Source of the DNA: Gammaproteobacteria bacterium
GTDB lineage: Bacteria; Pseudomonadota; Gammaproteobacteria; Eutrophobiales; Eutrophobiaceae
Length of the DNA: 64,000 nucleotides
Direction: 5' to 3'
Assembly (NCBI GenBank): GCA_947480335.1
Contig: CANKCB010000006.1
Span: 13,148-77,147 of the forward strand
Shown: positions 11,884 to 21,580 of the stretch, piece by piece
Position numbering within the stretch: position 1 is the stretch's first letter
How the letters are laid out: each line of letters starts with the position of its first letter
Position numbers and translations under genes: made by a program
The notes under the pieces: model-generated
Databases searched by the model: none
The model's input: the letters and a program-made list of their open reading frames with translations, nothing else
What the model was told of the DNA's origin: nothing

Positions 11884-12841
11884 TACTATTTTGCTCAGTT
11901 CACCTCACAAACATGATGGATCCACGATTAGGTCCATCATGTTCAAGGTATGTATGGCCTTGCTACCCGGGCTGCTTTGTAATATCTGGTATTTCGGGCC
12001 AGGAGTCATGTGGCAATGTCTGTATGCGACAGTCTTCGCCCTGCTGACTGAAGCCATCCTACTGACTGTGCGCAAACGTGATTTGCGATTGTTTCTGGGG
12101 GATGGTACAGCCATCGTAACAGCATGGCTTTTTGCCCTGATGATTAGCCCGCTGGTGCCCTGGTGGGTAAGCCTGACCGGAATCAGCTTTGGACTGGTGT
12201 TTGCCAAACATCTGTACGGTGGGCTGGGTCACAATCTGTTTAACCCTGCTGCAACCGGTTATATTTTCGTCCTGCTTTGTTTTCCAGTGATAATGAATCA
12301 CTGGCCAGTTATGCGTGAGTTATCGGCAGGTATCGATGTAATCAGTGGTGCCACCCCACTGGGTGATACTCAAACCCGACTCGCAGCCATGGACATGATT
12401 TCAGAAATTCAAATAGGCCCGCTTTACGGTATGTTTGCCGGGGCCGGTTGGGAATGGGTCAATCTGGCTTATCTGGCCGGAGGATGCTGGCTGGTGATCT
12501 CTGGAATTATCAGCTGGCGTATCCCGTTTGGTGTGGCTGGAGGTGTTTTTGTGGTCAGCACACTATTCAGTCTTTACAATCCGGATCTGTATGCATCGCC
12601 TCTGTTTCATCTGTTCAGTGGGGGAACCATGCTGGGTGCGTTTTTTATTGCCACCGATCCGGTGACCGCATCAACGACTCCCCGGGGTAAAATCATTTAT
12701 GGATGTTTGATTGGCTTGATTGCGTTTGTTCTCCGAACCTGGGGCGCCTACCCGGACGGTATCGCCTTTGCCGTCTTGATTGCCAATGCTGCCGTGCCCT
12801 TGATCGATCGGTATACCCGACCAAACATACTGGGCGAGTAA
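11876..12841 (+). CDS. rnfD: Rnf complex subunit D
   Basis: Start at [11 protein letters not shown].... Polytopic membrane protein of the RnfD/NqrB family. Overlaps the rnfC 3' end. Confidence 0.8.
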   Translation: MADTILLSSPHKHDGSTIRSIMFKVCMALLPGLLCNIWYFGPGVMWQCLYATVFALLTEAILLTVRKRDLRLFLGDGTAIVTAWLFALMISPLVPWWVSLTGISFGLVFAKHLYGGLGHNLFNPAATGYIFVLLCFPVIMNHWPVMRELSAGIDVISGATPLGDTQTRLAAMDMISEIQIGPLYGMFAGAGWEWVNLAYLAGGCWLVISGIISWRIPFGVAGGVFVVSTLFSLYNPDLYASPLFHLFSGGTMLGAFFIATDPVTASTTPRGKIIYGCLIGLIAFVLRTWGAYPDGIAFAVLIANAAVPLIDRYTRPNILGE

Positions 12842-12846
12842 CTACC

Positions 12847-13461
12847 ATGTCAGAAACTGAAAAAATCTCACCGTTAATGATTTTCAGCTGGCTGATACTC
12901 GTGGTTACACTGGTGGCTATTCTGGCTGTTATCAACCATCTGACACGCGACAGGATTGCAGAGAACAGGCATCTGGCCACCCGTAAAATCCTTCAGCAAA
13001 TCATACCAGGGGAACACAATAATGATGTGTTCGCAGATACCCTGATACGCAACGAACCGAACTACCTTGGTTCAGACCATCCCGTCACTGTTATCCGATC
13101 CCGCAAAGATTCCTTACCTCTGGGTGTGGTGATCTATCCTGTAATTGCTGAGGGTTACAAGGGGCCCATCGAACTTGCAATCGGTATAAACCTGCAAGGC
13201 CAACTCAGCGGCGTTAGAGTTCTACAGGAAAATGAAACTGAAGGACTGGGAGCACAGATACACCAGAACAAAAGTGACTGGATCCTGTCCTTTACCGGGC
13301 TCTCTTTTAAAACCGTACCGCCTGAACAATGGGACGTTCGGAGTGAAAACGGTTACTTCGACCAGATCAGCGGTGCTACAATCACGTCCCGTAGTGTCAT
13401 CAATGCTGTCAAAAATACGCTGAACTACCATGAACTCACTGGAGAAACACTTTATAAATAA
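12847..13461 (+). CDS. rnfG: Rnf complex subunit G (FMN-binding)
   Basis: Start at MSETEKIS (ATG 12847). Single N-terminal TM and the FMN-attachment motif SGATITSRSV. Confidence 0.8.
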   Translation: MSETEKISPLMIFSWLILVVTLVAILAVINHLTRDRIAENRHLATRKILQQIIPGEHNNDVFADTLIRNEPNYLGSDHPVTVIRSRKDSLPLGVVIYPVIAEGYKGPIELAIGINLQGQLSGVRVLQENETEGLGAQIHQNKSDWILSFTGLSFKTVPPEQWDVRSENGYFDQISGATITSRSVINAVKNTLNYHELTGETLYK

Positions 13462-13648
13462 TTAACGACAGTGGCATCAATTCAGCCAGCCTATCAGGGT
13501 GTGCGACCATATTTCAGACAAACGCCTGTCAAACCGGTTAAATACACCTGAAAAACTGTACAATTGACTGACAGACATTATCTTTTTGGCCCTAGCAATT
13601 GATAATTGCCTCTGTATCCTCTGTAGCAATCCATTTATTGAAGAAGAA

Positions 13649-13945
13649 ATGATGATAAGTAAAGACCAGAAGAAGTACCTACGTACCCTGTTACATACCC
13701 GCAACATAGTCATCTGGATTGGTCAGAACGGCCTGACTGAAAATGTGATGACAGAAGTTGAATCGGCTCTGGAACACCATGAATTGATCAAAATCAGGGT
13801 TCGCAGCAGTGACAGCTCCCAGAGGGATGTAATCCTAGAAAAGATTTGCGAAACAACCGGGGCTGAAGCAGTACAAAAAATCGGTAGCGTGGTTTCGGTA
13901 TACCGTCGCAACCCTGATAAGCCAGTAATCCGGTTTCCGCTCTGA
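13649..13945 (+). CDS. yhbY: Ribosome assembly RNA-binding protein YhbY (CRS1/YhbY domain)
   Basis: KKYLRTLLH...IGQNGLTENVMTEVESALEHHELIKIRV is near-identical in pattern to E. coli YhbY. Confidence 0.75.
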   Translation: MMISKDQKKYLRTLLHTRNIVIWIGQNGLTENVMTEVESALEHHELIKIRVRSSDSSQRDVILEKICETTGAEAVQKIGSVVSVYRRNPDKPVIRFPL

Positions 13946-13953
13946 TTACAAGC

Positions 13954-16293
13954 ATGCTGTTACAAAACTGTAACTTTTTAGATCCGAACGTTATGTGTCA
14001 ACGTAACCCATCGGGATTATTGCCACTGCTCGGTCTGACTCTGTTGCTGGTATCGCCTGTCACCCTGGCACAAATGACCTCGAATGCAAAATGGTCGTTT
14101 TGCCCGACAACCATCGACATACCCTCCCGCCCAATCCTGACAGATAAACTGGAACAGAATGATATTTACCTACGTGCCAACCGGGCTGAATCCATCGAAG
14201 GAGGTGTGTCTACCCTGACCGGTAATGCAGAGTTGTCCTATAACCAGCAACAGCTTACTGCAGGCAGAATCGATTATCACCAGCCTGAGGATAGCGTCGA
14301 CCTGCAAGGCAATGTGAACTATTGGGACAATGCAGTCTACCTGAACAGTCCAGATGCACATGTCGAACTTGCAGCCGATAATGGCCTTTTCAAAAACGTC
14401 AATTACTGGCTGCTTGACACCCGCGGACGAGGCAAGGCGGATAAGGTAACCGTCACAGCTGGCAGTCTGACGGTAGGCGAGAAAGTCGACTACACCACCT
14501 GTGACCCAGACACCATCAGCCCGTGGAATATAACGAACAATGTCTGGAAGATCAGTGCTGGCAAGCTGACCTTAAATCATGATACAGATACGGGCACAGC
14601 CAGAAATGTGTTTTTAAAAGTCAAAAATATTCCGGTGTTTTACACCCCCTATTTGTCCTTCCCAATCAGTGACAAACGTAAATCCGGTTTCCTGATGCCG
14701 AAATTCGGCACTTCAACCCGGAATGGCATGGAAATACGGACTCCCTACTACTGGAATATCGCCCCGGACATGGATGCAACGATTACACCGAGGCCCATGT
14801 CAAACATTGGCACAATGATGATGGGGGAATTCCGGTATTTACTTGCACGCGGGACAGGATTACTGGATGTTGAATACCTGCCAAATGATTCGAAGTTTGA
14901 AGACAAGTCACGTAACTCAGTTGCGTTTTACCATCAGCAATCGTTTCTTGATAGCGGCAGCCTGACGTTGTTGTATAACCGTGTATCAGATCAACATTAT
15001 CTCGAACATTTCAGCAGTTCCATTCTGGGAACCAGTATCCAGTTCCTTGAACAAAGCGCCACGGCTTCCTATGCATGGAATGTAGATGGTCATGCATTTA
15101 GCCTGTTAAATGTGGTGGGAAATTTCCAGACGGTAGACAGAAATCTACCCATTGCGGCAAGGCCCTATAAACGTCTGCCTTCAACCACGCTGGGCTATAG
15201 TAATCCTGTAAGAAACCATGAGCTGAATTATGCATTGACCGGTAAATTCGATTACTTTACCCGGGGGAATGATATTTCACTCAGCAGCGTCAACGGCACA
15301 CGCTATGACCTCGCGCCAGCTGTATCCTTTCCGTTGAACTCGCAGTCCTACTTCGTTGTACCGAAAGCCGGAGGCCGTTATACCCAGTATTCGCTCAATG
15401 ACAACACTTCATTCAGCGACACACAGCCCAACCGCTTGTTACCTTTTTTCAGCCTGGACAGTGGACTGTTTCTGGAGCGCAATACACGTTTATTTGACGA
15501 GGATGTACTACAAACTCTGGAACCTCGTCTGTATTATCTTTATGTGCCACAGGAAGATCAGACCGATTTACCCGTATTTGACACTGGTGCACAACCCCTA
15601 TCGTATGCGTCCCTGTTTTATGACAATCGCTTTAATGGGCCGGATCGAATCGGCGATGCCAACCAGATTACACTGGCGGCAACCTCGAATATCTACACTG
15701 AAGCTACAGGGCAGTACCTGGGTTATCTTAGTCTGGGACAAACTTATTATTTACGCGATCAGTCGGTCACCTTGCCCGGCACACCTATCTTGCCTGAAGA
15801 CCACTCTCCGCTGATCTCTGAATTCGGTGTAAACCCGTTTGAGCATCTTGAACTGCGTGGCCAGCTGCAATGGGACCCCAGTTTGCATGATTCAGAACTG
15901 AAAATGGCAATAAGTGCGATGTATCATCCGGGACCTGGCAAGGTACTCAATCTGGCTTACAGGGATACGTATTATCCGGATATCAACAATCCCATTCGGG
16001 AACCACAAACCGATATATCATTTCACTGGCCAATCAAGCCTGAACTCAGTGTGGTCGGCAAATGGAATTATGCAATTGAGTCTGACAGAACCGTGGACAT
16101 GTTTACCGGAATTGAATACGACAGCTGTTGCTGGGGAATACGCCTGATAGGTAGAAGGTTTCTCAGCAATATTGCCGGCGAATTCGAATCTGGAGTTTTT
16201 CTGCAATTTGAGCTAAAAGGACTGGCAGGAATGGGTGAAAAAACGTTAGACTTTCTCAGCAGGAGCATACCTGGATATGAGCGCGAGTTTTAA
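13954..16293 (+). CDS. lptD: LPS-assembly outer membrane protein LptD (OstA/Imp)
   Basis: 779 aa with a signal peptide, an OstA N-terminal domain and a large beta-barrel. Conserved lptD-surA-pdxA-rsmA synteny. Confidence 0.85.
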   Translation: MLLQNCNFLDPNVMCQRNPSGLLPLLGLTLLLVSPVTLAQMTSNAKWSFCPTTIDIPSRPILTDKLEQNDIYLRANRAESIEGGVSTLTGNAELSYNQQQLTAGRIDYHQPEDSVDLQGNVNYWDNAVYLNSPDAHVELAADNGLFKNVNYWLLDTRGRGKADKVTVTAGSLTVGEKVDYTTCDPDTISPWNITNNVWKISAGKLTLNHDTDTGTARNVFLKVKNIPVFYTPYLSFPISDKRKSGFLMPKFGTSTRNGMEIRTPYYWNIAPDMDATITPRPMSNIGTMMMGEFRYLLARGTGLLDVEYLPNDSKFEDKSRNSVAFYHQQSFLDSGSLTLLYNRVSDQHYLEHFSSSILGTSIQFLEQSATASYAWNVDGHAFSLLNVVGNFQTVDRNLPIAARPYKRLPSTTLGYSNPVRNHELNYALTGKFDYFTRGNDISLSSVNGTRYDLAPAVSFPLNSQSYFVVPKAGGRYTQYSLNDNTSFSDTQPNRLLPFFSLDSGLFLERNTRLFDEDVLQTLEPRLYYLYVPQEDQTDLPVFDTGAQPLSYASLFYDNRFNGPDRIGDANQITLAATSNIYTEATGQYLGYLSLGQTYYLRDQSVTLPGTPILPEDHSPLISEFGVNPFEHLELRGQLQWDPSLHDSELKMAISAMYHPGPGKVLNLAYRDTYYPDINNPIREPQTDISFHWPIKPELSVVGKWNYAIESDRTVDMFTGIEYDSCCWGIRLIGRRFLSNIAGEFESGVFLQFELKGLAGMGEKTLDFLSRSIPGYEREF

Positions 16294-17593
16294 TACCATG
16301 CAATATAATAATTGCTTTAAATTCATTATGTTACTAGGATTTTTCAGTATTACCATGCTGGCGAGAGCAGCTGACCCGGTAGACCGTATTGTTGCCGTGG
16401 TTGAAGATGATGTGGTACTGAGCAGTGAATTGGATGAACGTATACGTACGGTAAAGGGCCAATTGACGGAACAAGGCACCCCATTACCTCCGGATACAGT
16501 ACTGGAAAAACAGGTACTGGACAGACTGGTTCTGACCAAACTACAGATCCAGATGGCCAAGAAAACCGGCATTCGTGTCGATGATGAATCGCTGAATCAG
16601 ACCATCAGTAAAATTGCTGCCGAGAATCAGCTAACATTGGCCCAGTTCCGCGAAGTTCTGGAAAAAGACGGCTACAAGTATGATGATTTTCGTGAAGACA
16701 TCCGCAATGAAATTCTGGTATCACGTTTAAAACAACGCCAGGTAGACAACAGGGTCTTCATCAGCGATCGCGAAATTGATGACTTCCTGGCCAATATGGA
16801 ACATCAGGGCGGACTGGAAAAGGAATACCTTATTTCGCATGTGTTAATTGCCCTACCAGACTCCCCATCTGCAGAAGATATACAGCAAACCCAGCAACTG
16901 GCTGAAAAAGTTCAGAAAGAGTTGCAGGCTGGCGGCGATATTGCTGCCATTGCCGCCACCTATTCAGACGGCGATCAAAGTCTTGAAGGCGGAGATCTGG
17001 GATGGAGAAAATACAGTCAGGTTCCCTCCCTGTTTACTGATTTCATTGCCACCATGAATAAGGGTGACATCAGCGAACTGATCCGTAGTCCTAATGGCTA
17101 TCATATTATTAAATTAATGGATGTGCGGGATGGTGAAGCCCTCTCCGTGTCCCAGACCCATGCCCGTCATATATTAATCAAAACCAGTGAAATCGCGACT
17201 GAAGAACAGGTTATAGAAAGATTACACGCCCTGCGACAACGAATCGAAAATGGCGACGATTTTGCCGAACTGGCACGGGGAAACTCTGAAGATCTGGTCA
17301 GTGCGGCGGATGGTGGCGATCTGGGCTGGACCAGTCCAGGGGATATGGTGCCAGAATTCGACAATGAAATGAAAGCGCTGGCACCAAATCAGCTCAGTCA
17401 ACCTTTCGAGACCCAGTTTGGCTGGCACATTGTTCAGGTACTGGAACGTCGCGAATATAATAGTACTGATGATATTCGTCGCACACGTGCCCGCGAAGTA
17501 CTCCGCCAGAGAAAGATGGATGAGGCGCAGGAGACATGGTTACAACAGATGCGCGACGAGGCGTACGTAGAATATCGTCTGGAACAGAAATAA
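16277..17593 (+). CDS. surA: Periplasmic chaperone/PPIase SurA
   Basis: Signal peptide and two parvulin PPIase domains (GGDLGW motifs twice). Start may instead be the Met at 16298. Confidence 0.85.
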   Translation: MSASFNTMQYNNCFKFIMLLGFFSITMLARAADPVDRIVAVVEDDVVLSSELDERIRTVKGQLTEQGTPLPPDTVLEKQVLDRLVLTKLQIQMAKKTGIRVDDESLNQTISKIAAENQLTLAQFREVLEKDGYKYDDFREDIRNEILVSRLKQRQVDNRVFISDREIDDFLANMEHQGGLEKEYLISHVLIALPDSPSAEDIQQTQQLAEKVQKELQAGGDIAAIAATYSDGDQSLEGGDLGWRKYSQVPSLFTDFIATMNKGDISELIRSPNGYHIIKLMDVRDGEALSVSQTHARHILIKTSEIATEEQVIERLHALRQRIENGDDFAELARGNSEDLVSAADGGDLGWTSPGDMVPEFDNEMKALAPNQLSQPFETQFGWHIVQVLERREYNSTDDIRRTRAREVLRQRKMDEAQETWLQQMRDEAYVEYRLEQK

Positions 17594-17603
17594 TCCCCGA
17601 CCA

Positions 17604-18578
17604 CTGGTACTGACGCCGGGAGAACCTGCCGGCATTGGTCCGGACCTGGCGGTTTCACTCTCCCGGCAATCCTTTGGTTTCGGACTGATCGTTATTGCTG
17701 ATCCAGATCTGCTGCAAGAAAGAGCCGCACGCTTAAAAATCCCACTCGATATTTACCTGTACGATCAAAAACAGCCTGTTAAACATCAGCTGGCCGGCCG
17801 ACTGACTGTCTTGCCATCAGGCTTGATCACAGCTGTCACTACCGGCAAACCTGTAACAGAAAATGCCAGCTGTGTTTTATCCGCTATTGACAGGGCCACT
17901 GATGGATGTCTTTCTGGTGAATTTGCGGCTGTAGTCACCGGTCCTGTCAACAAGGCTGTAATCAATCAGGCCGGTATCCGGTTTAGTGGTCATACCGAAT
18001 ACATTGCTCAACGTTGCAATAATGCATTTCCGGTCATGATGCTGATGAACGATAATTTGCGTGTGGCCCTGGTCACAACCCACCTGCCCCTGTCAGAGGT
18101 ACCACAAGCCATTACCCGCCAGCTCGTAGAAACTGTCATCATGACTGTACATAATGATCTGGTTGCTCGCTTTGGTCTTTCTACCCCACGTATTCTGGTT
18201 TGCGGCCTGAATCCACATGCCGGTGAACAGGGATATCTTGGACGTGAGGAAATTGACACCATTATTCCGGCCATTCGCTACTTGCAAAATCAAGGTCTGT
18301 ACGTGACCGGGCCTATTCCGGCTGATACCGCATTCACTCCGACCTCGCTAAAAGAAGTAGATGTCGTGGTCAGTATGTTTCACGATCAAGGACTGCCCGT
18401 TTTAAAAGCCTCTGGATTTGGAGAAACTGTAAATGTCACACTGGGCCTGCCGATCATCCGAACCTCTGTAGACCATGGCACGGCACTGGATCTGGCCGGT
18501 ACCGGCAAGGCCAGTGACAGCAGTCTGATTGCGGCAATTAAGTGTGCGGCACGACTGTCCGGTCTGTCACCACGCTAG
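17604..18578 (+). CDS. pdxA: 4-hydroxythreonine-4-phosphate dehydrogenase PdxA; start codon uncertain (non-canonical)
   Basis: The in-frame translation from 17571 reads ...LVLTPGEPAGIGPDL..., matching the PdxA N-terminus. No ATG/GTG/TTG lies upstream of the track ORF start at 17811. Candidate CTG start at 17604. Confidence 0.7.
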   Translation: MVLTPGEPAGIGPDLAVSLSRQSFGFGLIVIADPDLLQERAARLKIPLDIYLYDQKQPVKHQLAGRLTVLPSGLITAVTTGKPVTENASCVLSAIDRATDGCLSGEFAAVVTGPVNKAVINQAGIRFSGHTEYIAQRCNNAFPVMMLMNDNLRVALVTTHLPLSEVPQAITRQLVETVIMTVHNDLVARFGLSTPRILVCGLNPHAGEQGYLGREEIDTIIPAIRYLQNQGLYVTGPIPADTAFTPTSLKEVDVVVSMFHDQGLPVLKASGFGETVNVTLGLPIIRTSVDHGTALDLAGTGKASDSSLIAAIKCAARLSGLSPR

Positions 18579-18605
18579 CCAGATCGAATAGCAAAGGTAA
18601 TACCT

Positions 18606-19388
18606 ATGACAGTCCGCGCCAGAAAACGATTTGGTCAGCACTTTTTACATGACAAAAATGTCATAACCCGAATTATTAATCAGATCAATTTACAACCTGC
18701 ACAAACAATGGTTGAAATAGGCCCCGGTACGGGTGCGCTAACTTTCCCATTGCTGGAACAGGTTGCCAAGTTACATGCCATTGAAATAGACAGGGATCTG
18801 GCTCAACTATTGCAAACCAGGGTTCCTGCAGACAGATTAACCATACACTGTGTAGATGTACTCAAATTTGAGTTTTGCAAACACTTTGAAAGCCGACTCA
18901 ATGTTGTCGGCAACCTGCCCTACAATATTTCCACACCTTTGATATTTCATCTGCTGGATCAGGCATCCTGTATTGATCAGATGATCTTCATGTTGCAGAA
19001 AGAGGTTGCAGAACGTATTTGCGCTGAACCGGGATCGAACGAGTATGGTCGACTGTCGATTATGGTTCAGTCCCAATGTCAGGTGGAATGGTTATTCAAT
19101 GTCAGTGCTGATTCCTTCAGTCCACCTCCGAAAGTGGAATCGGCCGTGATAAAACTGTATCCGGGAAAACACACCTGCAGTAGCATCAAGGACCGCAAGC
19201 TGTTCAATGAACTGGTTCGTACCGCTTTCAGCAAACGCCGCAAGACCATTCGTAATGCACTGAAATCACTTGTTCCCGAACAAATTTTGCTCGATTCAGG
19301 AATCACGCTTTCTTCACGACCGGAGGAATTGCCGGTCGAAACCTATATCAATCTTGCCAACGCGCTACAACAGGTTAGACAGTCCTGA
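18606..19388 (+). CDS. rsmA: 16S rRNA (adenine1518/1519-N6)-dimethyltransferase
   Basis: RFGQHFLHDKNVI...EIGPGTGALT SAM motif of the KsgA family. Confidence 0.85.
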   Translation: MTVRARKRFGQHFLHDKNVITRIINQINLQPAQTMVEIGPGTGALTFPLLEQVAKLHAIEIDRDLAQLLQTRVPADRLTIHCVDVLKFEFCKHFESRLNVVGNLPYNISTPLIFHLLDQASCIDQMIFMLQKEVAERICAEPGSNEYGRLSIMVQSQCQVEWLFNVSADSFSPPPKVESAVIKLYPGKHTCSSIKDRKLFNELVRTAFSKRRKTIRNALKSLVPEQILLDSGITLSSRPEELPVETYINLANALQQVRQS

Positions 19389-19418
19389 TTTACCTCCTCA
19401 CACCTGATACTGCTCCCT

Positions 19419-20255
19419 TCACTTGTCCGATTGACCACGTAGCATAGTGATGACCGACTCTGTCTCTGGTCGGATGCCACGCCAGAGGTAAAATGCCTCC
19501 GCCGCCTGTTCTACCAGCATACCCAGACCATCCAGTGCACAAAGTACTCCCTGACTTTTGGCCCACCCGACAAAGGCCGTTTCGCGCTCACCATAAACCA
19601 TGTCATAACAACTGGTCTGGTGGTTAACCAGGCTGGCAGGTAACGGTGGCAAGTCGCCCTGTAGACCGGAAGAAATGGCATTTATTACCAAATCGAATTG
19701 CCCTGCATCAGTCAGGGCATCCAGCGAGAGTGCCCTTAGATTTGAATATCCGCTCAATCCATCAACCAGTGTTTGCGCCCGAGCTAATGTTCTGTTTGCA
19801 ATCCACACGCTGTCCGGCTTTCTGTCCATTAACGGAGCAAGCACACCGCGAACGGCGCCACCGGCACCCAGTATGAGGATGCGCCGGTCGGTTAAAGAAA
19901 TCTGATTTCGATCCATGTCCCTGACAAGTCCCGCGCCATCGGTATTATCGCCATGAATAGTACCGCCAGACTCAAAGGTTAAGGTATTGACCGCACCGGC
20001 GATGCTGGCACGGGAAGTATGCTTAGTCGCAAGTTGCCAGGCCTGTTCCTTGAAAGGTACTGTAATATTCAGGCCTTTACCTCCTGCGTCGCGAAATGCC
20101 AGCGCTGCTTCCCTGAATTTATCCGGTGCAACCAGAATTGGTTGATAATGTATGGACTGCTTGGTTTGTCTGGCAAATGCTTGATGGATTCGGGGAGATT
20201 TACTATGGGCAATCGGATTGCCCATTACTGCGTAGTTATCAGTATTGGGCTCCAT
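19419..20255 (-). CDS. aroE: Shikimate dehydrogenase
   Basis: YAVMGNPIAHSKSPRIHQAF...NITVPFKEQAW is the AroE signature. Start trimmed to MEPNTDNYAV. Confidence 0.8.
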   Translation of the reverse strand: MEPNTDNYAVMGNPIAHSKSPRIHQAFARQTKQSIHYQPILVAPDKFREAALAFRDAGGKGLNITVPFKEQAWQLATKHTSRASIAGAVNTLTFESGGTIHGDNTDGAGLVRDMDRNQISLTDRRILILGAGGAVRGVLAPLMDRKPDSVWIANRTLARAQTLVDGLSGYSNLRALSLDALTDAGQFDLVINAISSGLQGDLPPLPASLVNHQTSCYDMVYGERETAFVGWAKSQGVLCALDGLGMLVEQAAEAFYLWRGIRPETESVITMLRGQSDK

Positions 20256-20312
20256 CCGAAAATCGAATGGAGCCGTGTCGACAGCTTTCATACCTTCGAC
20301 ACTGGCCGTATA

Positions 20313-21365
20313 TCAGCCAGAACCGCCCAGGCCACCTTTAAGACAGCAGGCCTGTATCCCTCTTTCGCTTAATAAAAATGCGGCGGCAGAACTGCGACGA
20401 CCGGTATCACAATAAAGTATGTGTGTCTTGCTGGCATCGAGTTTGTCGACTTTCATGCGCAGCATGAACAACGGAATATTGATACTGCCGGGTATGCCAT
20501 TGTTTTTATGTTCACTTTCCAACCTAACATCAATCCAGACAGCCGTGCCGCCTGCAACCATCTTGTCGGCATCAGCGCGACTTACCCAGCTCAACATCGG
20601 CTCTTTCAAGAGCGAATTAAAATCTTCCTTGGACAGACGCATCAGTGTGCCATCAGTCAACATAATGATATTGGCATTGCGTTTGGCTTCCGACAACAGC
20701 GCTTCTTCACCAAAGGCGTCGCCTTCATTCAAGGTGGCCAGTGTTAATTCTGTATTGGTTTTCGATGCGCGGGTTACCTTGCATTTGCCACTCTTGATGA
20801 TGTAATAATAATCGCCGTCATCACCCTGCTTGATAATCGCTTCACCGGTCTTTACGGCCATTTCCTGTATACGCATAAACATCGCCTGGATATTCGCGGG
20901 CGGAATCTGCAGGAAGGCTTTTGATTGCAGGATACGTGTCATCCAGTCGCCGTCCTCATCGCCCCCTTCCGATCCGTCATTGACAGAAATTTCATCCACT
21001 TCGATACCGGACATCTGATCCCAGGTAAGCAAAATATCAAGCAGATCACTATCTATACGCGTAATTTTGCACGGTACCTTGGCTATGCCAGTTTGCTTAC
21101 GTGGCTGAGAATTCCCCAGTGGATGTTTAGACTGCTCTGTCCCTGATTTCACAATAGAAACAGCACCGGCATCATTTTTCAACTCAACCTCACCCTCTAT
21201 CAGATAGACAGCTTTCTTATCTGTGTCGCCTGTCTTGAACAAGGCCGCACCCGTCGGGATTTCTTCAACAAACGTTTTCGCCGCCAGTTCTTCAAAATTG
21301 TCACGGTTCAACGCGCTGGGGGGTACGAACGATCTCAATACTGCTTTATCTACCAGATTTGCCAT
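20313..21365 (-). CDS. Tandem cyclic-nucleotide-binding (CAP_ED x2) protein with C-terminal rhodanese domain
   Basis: Two cNMP-binding domains (FGE...A-like motifs) and a rhodanese domain with catalytic loop CDTGRRS. Start at MANLVDK (ATG 21365, GAGGA Shine-Dalgarno). Confidence 0.7.
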   Translation of the reverse strand: MANLVDKAVLRSFVPPSALNRDNFEELAAKTFVEEIPTGAALFKTGDTDKKAVYLIEGEVELKNDAGAVSIVKSGTEQSKHPLGNSQPRKQTGIAKVPCKITRIDSDLLDILLTWDQMSGIEVDEISVNDGSEGGDEDGDWMTRILQSKAFLQIPPANIQAMFMRIQEMAVKTGEAIIKQGDDGDYYYIIKSGKCKVTRASKTNTELTLATLNEGDAFGEEALLSEAKRNANIIMLTDGTLMRLSKEDFNSLLKEPMLSWVSRADADKMVAGGTAVWIDVRLESEHKNNGIPGSINIPLFMLRMKVDKLDASKTHILYCDTGRRSSAAAFLLSERGIQACCLKGGLGGSG

Positions 21366-21523
21366 GTATATCCTCAAAAAAAACAGATGGGGTATCCCTA
21401 AAAAACCGTTACATTTTATGCCGAGATTCAATGGAATGGAACAATGTCTGTTTACAAGACAATCTACAGCCAGTGAACTAACCTGCTGTCATCATACCAT
21501 TTCAGACAGAAGATTATTACCGA

Positions 21524-21553
21524 CAAAAAAAACGGGTGCATGGCACCCGTTTT
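21524..21553 (-). terminator. Rho-independent terminator after amtB-1
   Basis: ACGGGTGC-ATG-GCACCCGT hairpin. On the minus strand it is followed by T8. Confidence 0.65.
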
Positions 21554-21580
21554 AGCTTGTTTCTGGCTGTTTTTTTACCG

